A program made the position numbers and the translations under genes. From positions 199-64,198 of the forward strand of contig JAGANG010000048.1 of NCBI GenBank assembly GCA_017624275.1: a stretch of DNA of 64,000 nt. Reading direction: 5' to 3'. Positions 47,349 to 55,280 of this stretch are shown piece after piece. This stretch comes from Spirochaetales bacterium. Lineage in GTDB: Bacteria > Spirochaetota > GWE2-31-10. Every line of letters begins with the position of its first letter. Within the stretch, counting starts at the first letter, position 1. The notes beneath the pieces were generated by a model that searched no databases, was not told the DNA's origin, and worked only from the letters and a program-made list of their open reading frames with translations.

Positions 47349-48883
47349 ATGCAACCTAATCTAGTTATAAATAAAAAATACTGTTTTAAAGTTTCGATGA
47401 TTTATTTTGCCAGTGTGCTTTTTGCAAATTTTATGGCATCGCTGATACCGGCAACAATGAACTTCCCGTCATTACACACAAAAGATATGCTTGTATGGAA
47501 ATCTTTTGCCGAATCACATAATTCTTTTTATACATGTCTTTTAATAACCGCATTTTTAATTCCGTCTATGATTTGCCTGTGGTATTGTTTTTCAATTCTG
47601 TTTGCAAAAGACGACGCAATAATTGCAAAAAAAGTAGTAAATCTCCCCATAAAATTTTCACTTTGGGAATATTAGGTTGGGGATTGTGCATTATTTATGA
47701 GTTTTTATTTTACTTATTTGCAAAATCCATATTAAAAATTGATATTTCTTATGCTTTGTTAAGCGGGACTGTCTTTCTTGTTCTTGAAGCTATTTTTAGT
47801 TTTGTAGTTTCATATTTTGTTACGGAAACCATAAATCGCAGTTTTGTTTTGCCCAGACTTTTCCCCGACGGACATGTTTCAAAGCTCCCCGGAGTAAAAA
47901 AGTTTTCGCTTAATTTCTTATTCCTTTTCTTTTTTATTACGATTTCTATGTTCCCGATAATTTTTATTTTGTCTTCGTTTATTTCGATTCAATTAAACAA
48001 CAATCTTCCTATCAATTGGGGAACAATTTTGATGGGAGTAATTCTTTTTTTAAGTTCGATTTTGTTGACACTCTTTTTTATGCGACTTTTTACTGTTCCG
48101 CTGGGAAAACTTACAATAGGTACAGAGCGAATCAAAGCCGGAGATTACGATGTAAGGGTAAAAAATATTTCTAATGACGAAATGGGAATATTAAGCGATA
48201 CATTCAATGAAATGGCGGAATCTTTAAAAGAAAAAGAATTTATTCGTGATACTTTCGGAAAAGTTGTAGATCCAAACATCAGAGATCATCTTTTGAAAGG
48301 CAACATTTCACTCGGCGGTGAAAATCGTTTGGTTACGGTAATGTTCTGCGATATAAGAAACTTCACTTCTATGTCTGAAAAAATGGAAGCTGAAAAAGTC
48401 GTACTTCTTTTAAATCAATATTTTACCAAACTGGGAAAATGCATTTCCAATAATCACGGAGTAATTAATAAATATATCGGAGATGCTGTTATGGCTATTT
48501 TCGGAGCTCCGATAAATTCTTCAAATCACGCATTGGATGCTTACAATGCAGCTTCCGAAATGAAAACAGCACTTGTAGAATTAAATGAAAGTTTTGTTTC
48601 CCAAAATTTACCCACAATTCAATTCGGAATCGGCTTGCATACCGGAAGCGTTTTAGCCGGAAATATCGGAGCTGAGAACCGCATGGAATATACAGTCATC
48701 GGCGATACCGTAAACACAGCCAGTCGAATAGAAAGTCTTTGCAAAATTTATAATACAGATTTGCTTATTTCTGAAAGCACCGCCGATTATCTACTTCATG
48801 CCGAGCAAAAAATAAATTTGCAATTTATCGATAACGCCGAGATTCGCGGTAAAGCAGAAAAAGTAAAACTTTACAGCTGCTGA
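47349..48883 (+). pseudogene. Membrane-bound HAMP + class III adenylate/guanylate cyclase, interrupted by a frameshift near 47650-47675
   Basis: The TM-rich N-terminal ORF (47331/47349-47675) and the main ORF (translated sense from about 47660 to 48883) lie in different frames and overlap. The ORF-B translation upstream of about 47655 looks like out-of-frame noise. Cyclase motifs VTVMFCDIRNFTSMSE, KYIGDAVMAIFGAP and GDTVNTASRIE. HAMP (PLGKLTIGTERIKAGDYD...FNEMAESL). Confidence 0.7.
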
Positions 48884-48906
48884 TTTTGTCTACGAAACAA
48901 AAAAGA

Positions 48907-50127
48907 TTAGAAATTTCTGGCTAAACGAATACCGCCCATTTTTACATACGGCGGACAAGTATATCTTTTTGCTGCGGCAAAATAATAATTAGCCCATTCG
49001 TAAGTATGTCCACGCAATGCTCGTGACGGATGAATCTCATATTTCCAATCATAATCTGCACCGTAGTCAAACTGCCATTCGTAAGCGTTACCCGCCATAT
49101 CATAAAAACCCAAATCTGTCGGTTTTTTCCCGCCTTGCTTATGCATTCTGTAACCGGTCATTCCGCTTACGGGCGTACTGTCGTCCCAGCCGGCAGCAGT
49201 AGGATTTGATCCGGCAAGATTAGAATTTTCATAACTCCATCCGTAATCTTTAAGCACTTTTGAAGATTCTTTTTTCTCTGTTATCCCTTGGATTTGTTCC
49301 AATAATGTCGGTTCCCCAGAACTTGATTCTACAATTCCGCTGGCATCTCCGGGAGCGTTTGCACCGGAAATAAACGTTCCGTCTTTACATTTTCTGGCTG
49401 CATATTCCCATTCATAATCATAAGGAAGTCGCCAACCATTTGCATTTTTATTCACATACGGATTATCTACATTTCCCATTGTCAACGAAGTCATATCAAC
49501 ATCTTTTGCCAAATCAGAATATGGCAACGGCATATTAGTAATTTGTTTACCGGCTTCATATACGGCATTTCGTATCGGCTCGGAAAAAGCTGCGTCGGTA
49601 TAATAAACCGGAGTCAATTTGCACATTTCACTGAATGCATTACACCAAACCATTGCATCACGCCAACTTATTCCGGTAACGGGCATTCCTTCTGTTTTTG
49701 CGTCGCCGCCCTCATTAAACAATACACTGTTTCCGCTTTTTGAAGTTTTATAAGAACCTTCAGCTCCGGGATTTTCAAATTTATAAATCTTATTTCCACG
49801 TTCTGTCGATGTCGCCCATTTGTAAACAATTCGCCAAACGTTATAACTCAACTCATATTTTGCAAGTTTGTAGGGAAAAACTTTTTTGGTGGCCGTAACC
49901 TTTTCATAATCTTCACCAACAACAATAGAATCGTAACCGATATTATCCGGGAAATCGATACATATCATTTCAACTTTAGCCGAATCTTTAACAGATTGCG
50001 TTTCTTCATTTAATATCGGTTTTATTTTCAATTCACTGCCGGTGCCTGTTCGTTCTTCCAATTGAGTTTCGCAACATGAAATCATCGATAAAATCAAAAT
50101 AATAAGAGAAATATTTTTTTTTAACAT
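48907..50127 (-). CDS. Formylglycine-generating-enzyme (SUMF1/FGE-sulfatase) family lipoprotein
   Basis: 406 aa. Lipobox MISC followed by a second Cys. FGE-domain motifs GWRLPYDYEWEYAAR, GNAYEWQFD and RALRGHTYEW. Confidence 0.8.
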   Translation of the reverse strand: MLKKNISLIILILSMISCCETQLEERTGTGSELKIKPILNEETQSVKDSAKVEMICIDFPDNIGYDSIVVGEDYEKVTATKKVFPYKLAKYELSYNVWRIVYKWATSTERGNKIYKFENPGAEGSYKTSKSGNSVLFNEGGDAKTEGMPVTGISWRDAMVWCNAFSEMCKLTPVYYTDAAFSEPIRNAVYEAGKQITNMPLPYSDLAKDVDMTSLTMGNVDNPYVNKNANGWRLPYDYEWEYAARKCKDGTFISGANAPGDASGIVESSSGEPTLLEQIQGITEKKESSKVLKDYGWSYENSNLAGSNPTAAGWDDSTPVSGMTGYRMHKQGGKKPTDLGFYDMAGNAYEWQFDYGADYDWKYEIHPSRALRGHTYEWANYYFAAAKRYTCPPYVKMGGIRLARNF

Positions 50128-50161
50128 TTGTAGTTTTTCCTTTTTTAAAAATGCCAGTTAT

Positions 50162-50190
50162 AAAAAAACCGCTGACGGGCAGCCAGCGGT
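50162..50190 (-). promoter_or_regulatory. Terminator-like hairpin inside the 5' leader of the FGE-family gene (candidate attenuator or riboswitch expression platform)
   Basis: On the minus strand, stem ACCGCTG/CAGCGGT with a 9-nt GC-rich loop is followed by TTTTTTT. It ends about 35 nt upstream of ATG 50127. No upstream minus-strand gene exists for it to terminate. Confidence 0.4.
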
Positions 50191-50303
50191 AAACGGTAGT
50201 TGAAAGGTTGTCCAAAGATTCAGACAAACCTTTTAGGAGACTGCCGCATCTATAGAGAACAACAACAAACAAACAAATAGAAAGATTACAACGAAAAGTA
50301 ACA

Positions 50304-50332
50304 ATTCTATTCACCCTAAATCTCGGAAACAA
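50304..50332 (-). promoter_or_regulatory. Possible promoter for the FGE-gene leader
   Basis: On the minus strand: TTGTTT, 17-nt spacer, TAGAAT. This would give a leader of about 170 nt. Confidence 0.3.
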
Positions 50333-50431
50333 AACTCTATAAATTGAATTTATGATTAATTTTGTTAAAAAATGAAAAAATGCTATCATAAAAAATTAAT
50401 CGACTACGGTACTTTTATAGGAGAAATAAAA

Positions 50432-51790
50432 ATGAAAAAACTATTATTCTATATTCTTATTTTGACAACAATACTCGGATGTGATTCCACCGACAATGAG
50501 CAAACAAACAAAAACAAGGATGCAATTATTGATAATGCAACTGTCGGTAAACTACAAGACAGAATAAATAACGCTATAGATAATGACATTATCAATCTGG
50601 AAGATTTTGATTTAGACGACACCGATGTAGTAATTAACAAAAAATTGACAATAAAAAACGGCTCTCTGGATAATGTTCGTCTGAAAATAACAAGCAATGA
50701 TGTTACATTACAAAACATAAAATCTATTAAAAATATCGACAGCAACTCTTCAAATCTGACAATCATAAATTCTAAAGTGTCCGATTTACTTTTGCAAAGC
50801 GGGAATTCTCGCAGTAATACTGATTGTAACCTTATAGGTTGCAGAATCAATTCTTTGACTGTAAGCAGTACTACAAATCTGTTAGTCGCTAATTTTAACA
50901 AAAATATTGATAAACTGACCGGTACGCCTTTTTCACTAACAGCTCCTACAAATATCGCCGAAGAACTCGGTATTTCAACTGCCGACGAAATGGGAAATAA
51001 CACACTTTACGACTATTACGACACAAACACACCGGCCGGCGAAAATGTAATTTATACCGCAAAAGGTTGGCCGGAATATGTAGCACGTTATGTGTCCGCA
51101 TTGTATCCGGAAAGTTTTGATTTTGACGCAGACTTACCTATAGACAAAAACGTGAATTATTACATTGACGACAAATCTAAAGCAAAAAATACTTTTGTCA
51201 AAGCCGGCTTTAAAGACATAAAAAAAGCCAGAATTTGTAAATTCTACATCGCAGAAGATGATGAAGAAAATTTTTCCGGTTACAACGCTTACATAGAAAA
51301 ATTAAAAGCAATCGACAATGTCTATAGTGATTTTTGCTTTTTTGATATTGCCGATAATGACACAATAGTTTCTTTTGACTTCGATGAAGACGGAATTTAT
51401 TACAATTCAAACAATTGGAAAGAAGCCGTAACCGATTATATTACCGCATTTGATTGCACTGAAGATGATGCGAAAATGCAACTGTTTGGTTCTACCGACG
51501 ACATCGAAATAGAAGAAAATTTCGGTGGGGATAACAGTATTGTCGCAATTTATCCGACAGATTGGAAAGCAACGGATGAAGCAAAATGGATAGAACACGT
51601 AACAGAAACAAGATGTAAACAAAAAAATCTGTCTCGTGAAAATATTTACAGAAGTGATTCTTATACATGGAAAAATAATGAGAGCATATTTTTTATATAT
51701 GTAGATGAACCGTGTTTCTATGAAAAGAATGAAAAATTTGATGCAAACGCATACTATTACGAAATAGATTTGTATTCTGCCACAAAATAA
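50432..51790 (+). CDS. Hypothetical lipoprotein with N-terminal right-handed beta-helix-like repeats
   Basis: Start set at ATG 50432 (AGGAGA upstream), giving MKKLLFYILILTTILGC. Short repeated N/I/L/T-rich beta-strand units (LTIKNGSLDNVRLKITSNDVTLQNIKSIKNI...). Confidence 0.55.
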   Translation: MKKLLFYILILTTILGCDSTDNEQTNKNKDAIIDNATVGKLQDRINNAIDNDIINLEDFDLDDTDVVINKKLTIKNGSLDNVRLKITSNDVTLQNIKSIKNIDSNSSNLTIINSKVSDLLLQSGNSRSNTDCNLIGCRINSLTVSSTTNLLVANFNKNIDKLTGTPFSLTAPTNIAEELGISTADEMGNNTLYDYYDTNTPAGENVIYTAKGWPEYVARYVSALYPESFDFDADLPIDKNVNYYIDDKSKAKNTFVKAGFKDIKKARICKFYIAEDDEENFSGYNAYIEKLKAIDNVYSDFCFFDIADNDTIVSFDFDEDGIYYNSNNWKEAVTDYITAFDCTEDDAKMQLFGSTDDIEIEENFGGDNSIVAIYPTDWKATDEAKWIEHVTETRCKQKNLSRENIYRSDSYTWKNNESIFFIYVDEPCFYEKNEKFDANAYYYEIDLYSATK

Positions 51791-51842
51791 CGGCATTAAA
51801 AAACGGTCTGAAAAAACAATCAGACGACAAGGAGGTAAAATA

Positions 51843-52802
51843 ATGAAGCATTACTTACTCCTTTTAATTATACCGTTTGCATTTTTTTCTTGTTGTTTTG
51901 GTCTTTGTGAACCGTCAATACATCCAAAACCTTTCAATTTTTGTGAATATAATCCGGAAAAAGCTAGAGCTGAAATCTTGCAAATACATAATTTTCAAAG
52001 TTTATTTGATACGTCACTACAATTTATTTATATATGTGAACATGCGGAAAAATTTTATTTTGCAAGTAATATAAATGATAAAGAAATTACTATATGCATA
52101 GTTGATAAAGCAACAATGACCTTAGAAAATAAGGTAAAAATAACTTTAGAAGATATTGAAAATGAAGTAAAAACTTATACTCCTGCAAGTCTTTTAGACT
52201 TTGAAGTTTTTTATAACAAAGCTTATTTCCAAATTGAATGGAGTTATCGCCACTATAATGAAAACTCATATACATATACAACTGAGTATATATATAAACT
52301 TTTAACTTTTGATTTTTCTGACAATACACTGGCAGAACTGGATACATTTAAGACGTTTGGGATTGATATTGATGATATTGACAACTTTACCATAGACCAG
52401 GTAACAAATCGTTTTTGCTTGCAAGATTACAATAAACTCAATTTTTTTACTTATGACAAATCAAACGACACTTACATAAAAGATGAAATCATTGAAATAG
52501 AAGAATATAAAAACATCGAAATTCACGAATTCGATGATTTTGCTTTTTTTGATACTAATGTTTTAAATATTTATGGAAATACAATTTGCAGAAGTGGCTC
52601 TATTGATAATAATTATAACAAAGGCGATACAACTTACATTCTTCTTTCTGACATTGCAGATGTGACAAAAGAAGAGTTTATAATCTTAAATTATTTAGAA
52701 TATACTTATTTTAAGGATGTTCTGTATGACGGAGAATTTGTTTGGGTTATTACGGGCAACAAGAATGAAAATAACCAACTGTTAAAACTTAAATTGCTGT
52801 GA
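51843..52802 (+). CDS. Cys-rich-N-terminus lipoprotein, paralogue 1 (hypothetical family)
   Basis: 319 aa. MKHYLLLLIIPFAFFSCC lipobox. It aligns along its whole length with the 54358 gene (CEYNP, KFYF, F-x-SDNT, GIDI-x-I-NF, FFTYD, YDGEF-W-IT, QLLKLKLL). Confidence 0.6.
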   Translation: MKHYLLLLIIPFAFFSCCFGLCEPSIHPKPFNFCEYNPEKARAEILQIHNFQSLFDTSLQFIYICEHAEKFYFASNINDKEITICIVDKATMTLENKVKITLEDIENEVKTYTPASLLDFEVFYNKAYFQIEWSYRHYNENSYTYTTEYIYKLLTFDFSDNTLAELDTFKTFGIDIDDIDNFTIDQVTNRFCLQDYNKLNFFTYDKSNDTYIKDEIIEIEEYKNIEIHEFDDFAFFDTNVLNIYGNTICRSGSIDNNYNKGDTTYILLSDIADVTKEEFIILNYLEYTYFKDVLYDGEFVWVITGNKNENNQLLKLKLL

Positions 52803-52807
52803 AAATG

Positions 52808-52858
52808 AAAAAGGACTGTCCCTGAAAGAATGACACTTCTTATCGGACAGTCCTTTTT
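52808..52858. terminator. Bidirectional terminator hairpin with shared stem AGGACTGTCC/GGACAGTCCT
   Basis: 10-bp GC-containing stem extended by a 5' A-run pairing with a 3' T-run, with a 23-nt loop. It lies between convergent genes. Confidence 0.75.
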
Positions 52859-52872
52859 ACCATATAAACTAA

Positions 52873-54201
52873 TTATTTATCTGCCTTATCATCATCGGAA
52901 ATAAGCCCGTGCTTTTTCTGATATTCTTCGGTAAGATTATAATATTTCATTGCTTCAGCCGGATCTAACGGGAAGCGAGTGAAGAATTCTTTCCAGCAAT
53001 ACAAGAAACCTTCTTCCATTTCCTCTTTTGTCATTTTCTTAGGTTGGAATACACAATGAGCTCCGTTGTACAAATCGAAATCCTCTGTCAAAATACGATT
53101 TTTTGCTTTGTATTTTCGCCACATCGGAGTTCCCGGATACGGGGTCGCAAGCCAGAATTCTACAAATCTAATTTTGTTACGTTCCAAGAATTTCAAATGT
53201 TTTTCAAAAATATCTTTTGTGTCAGATTCCAAGCCCATTGTAACTGACGCAAAAATTTCCAAACCTGCATCTCTCATGCGTTTGAAGTTTGTTTCTGCTT
53301 CTTCCGGCATATCGTGTGTTACGGCTTTCATACTGATAGGGTCAAATCCGGTTACACAATACAAATGATCTACACCGGCATCTTTTACCAAACGAAGCAA
53401 TTTTTCATCTTTGGTAAGCATAGCCGAACCGGAAAGGAATATTGATTTTTTATAATTTAAATCTTTCAATCGAGAGAAAAATTCGTATGCATATTTTTCC
53501 GTAACTTCGGTAGGAAACAACAATTGGTCATCGGCAATGAATAATCCGTCCATATCCATATTCATTTCAATTTCTTTAATAACATGTTCAGGCGGACGCA
53601 TTCTTATACAATTACCGTGAGCTCCGGGAATCGCACAATAATTACAACGCATATCACAACCACGGAAACATTGTACAAGTACAGGTTTCCAGTCATAACC
53701 TTTTTTATTCTTAAACAATCGACGGTCGGGCATTACATAGTTTGCCATGTCAAAGGTATTATCGCCGACATAAAATTCTTGTAATTTACCTTTTTTGGCA
53801 TCTTCAAGAACTTGCGGATAAGTTTGTTCTGCTTCACCGATACAAACTGCATCACAATGTTTTTTTGCATCTTCCGGATAATTAGTCGGCAAAATTCCGC
53901 CCATTACAGTTTTCACACCTCTGGCACGGAAAGTATCACCTATTTCATAGGCATGTTTTGCCTGCGGAGTAAAACAGTTGATAACAACTAAATCAAAATG
54001 TTCATCGTACGGAATCGGGTCAAGGTTACCGTCTGCAAAATGAACTTCGTGTTCGTCCGGTGTCAAAGCTGTCATAATCGGGATTCCCAAAGACGGCGTG
54101 CTTTTGTACGACGCATACAAAGGGAAATTCAACGCTTCCAAAATTCCGGGGTTAGTCTCCAGATATTTTTTGAAATGCGGATAAACGAAAAGAATTTTCA
54201 T
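52873..54201 (-). CDS. B12-binding-domain radical SAM protein
   Basis: 442 aa. N-terminal cobalamin-binding-type Rossmann region (MKILFVYPHF...VVINCFTP). Radical SAM CxxxCxxC = CDMRCNYC at 53635-53658. Confidence 0.85.
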   Translation of the reverse strand: MKILFVYPHFKKYLETNPGILEALNFPLYASYKSTPSLGIPIMTALTPDEHEVHFADGNLDPIPYDEHFDLVVINCFTPQAKHAYEIGDTFRARGVKTVMGGILPTNYPEDAKKHCDAVCIGEAEQTYPQVLEDAKKGKLQEFYVGDNTFDMANYVMPDRRLFKNKKGYDWKPVLVQCFRGCDMRCNYCAIPGAHGNCIRMRPPEHVIKEIEMNMDMDGLFIADDQLLFPTEVTEKYAYEFFSRLKDLNYKKSIFLSGSAMLTKDEKLLRLVKDAGVDHLYCVTGFDPISMKAVTHDMPEEAETNFKRMRDAGLEIFASVTMGLESDTKDIFEKHLKFLERNKIRFVEFWLATPYPGTPMWRKYKAKNRILTEDFDLYNGAHCVFQPKKMTKEEMEEGFLYCWKEFFTRFPLDPAEAMKYYNLTEEYQKKHGLISDDDKADK

Positions 54202-54307
54202 AAAATGTCCTGCTTATATAAAATTAAAGTGAGTGAAATATAACATACATTTAAATGCAAAACATAAATATTTTTTTTACATAGAATAATGTAAATCTTG
54301 AGTAATA

Positions 54308-54336
54308 TTGAAATTCCTATATGATTGAAGTAAAAT
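54308..54336 (+). promoter_or_regulatory. Putative promoter for lipoprotein paralogue 2
   Basis: TTGAAA, 17-nt spacer, TAAAAT. It ends just before the 75-nt block that is shared with paralogue 1. Confidence 0.4.
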
Positions 54337-54357
54337 TGACGACAAGGAGGTAAAATA

Positions 54358-55225
54358 ATGAAGCATTACTTACTCCTATTAATTATACCGTTTGCATTTT
54401 TTTCTTGTTGTTGTGATATTTGTGACCCAGCTGCAGGTGGACGTAGCCCTCAAATTTGTGAATATAATCCCTCAAAAGCCGGTGCAGACATTGTAGAGCA
54501 ATATTACATCGCAAATTTATTTCAAGAAAAGCAAGAATGGACCTGTATTTTCAATCAATACAACGATAAGTTCTATTTCGTAACTTATTTTGATACAAAT
54601 AAATACATTTCGGTAGTTAATAAAACAACTATGCAAGTAGAAAAAAATATTCTTATTCCTTTTCCTTTTGAAAATATTAAGATTCGTGATTTTGCATTAC
54701 ACAACAATAAAATATTATTTTTCATCAAAACTGAAGAATATGGGAATGCTCTTTTTTCTTTTGACCAATCTGATAACACTGTAAAAGAAATTACAATTGA
54801 AACTATTGGAATAGACATTAATGAAATTAATAATTTCGGGATAGACAGCGTAACCGGTAAGTTCTATTTTAGAATACATCGCAATGTACTTCAATTTTTT
54901 ACATATGATGAAACCAATAACACTTGTTCGGCAAGTGAATCAGTGAAGACTGCTAAGCTGATTAATTGGAGTTATGCATATGGCTTAGACCTTTATAATA
55001 ACGTTATATACTCACCCCCGTTCATATCAGAATATGGCAGGCCAGATACGTACATATATTCGTATACGTAATTTATCTGACATCAGTGAAAAACTAAAAA
55101 AAATAGACTTGAATTATCTTAATTCCATATATGCTTATAATGTACTATACGACGGAGAATTTATCTGGACTATCACTAATGACAAGAATTGTAATTTGCA
55201 ACTGTTAAAACTTAAATTGCTGTGA
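54358..55225 (+). pseudogene. Cys-rich-N-terminus lipoprotein, paralogue 2, split by a frameshift at about 55050-55070
   Basis: ORF 54358-55071 (237 aa) ends in YIYSYT*. The conserved C-terminal third (LSDISEK...YDGEFIWTIT...QLLKLKLL) continues in the +1 frame (55034-55225). Confidence 0.6.
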
Positions 55226-55230
55226 AAATG

Positions 55231-55274
55231 AAAAAAGCCGGCAAGAGGATTTACCTTATGACCGGCTTGTTTTA
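55231..55274. terminator. Bidirectional terminator between paralogue 2 and the convergent membrane-protein gene
   Basis: AAGCCGG/CCGGCTT stem with a 21-nt loop, flanked by a 5' A-run and a 3' GTTTT. Confidence 0.55.
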
Positions 55275-55280
55275 GTTATA

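Noticed and set aside
47534-47655. ATG 47534 as the true start of the cyclase.
   Set aside because: The first 40 residues or so in that frame (MSFNNRIFNSVYDLPVVLFFNSVCKRRRNNCKKSSKSPHK) look like out-of-frame translation. The overlapping frame encodes credible TM helices that continue the protein, so I favour a frameshift.
50033-50389. 118-aa minus-strand ORF covering the FGE-gene leader.
   Set aside because: It overlaps the FGE start in another frame, has no RBS and has an implausible composition. The region is better explained as a structured untranslated leader.
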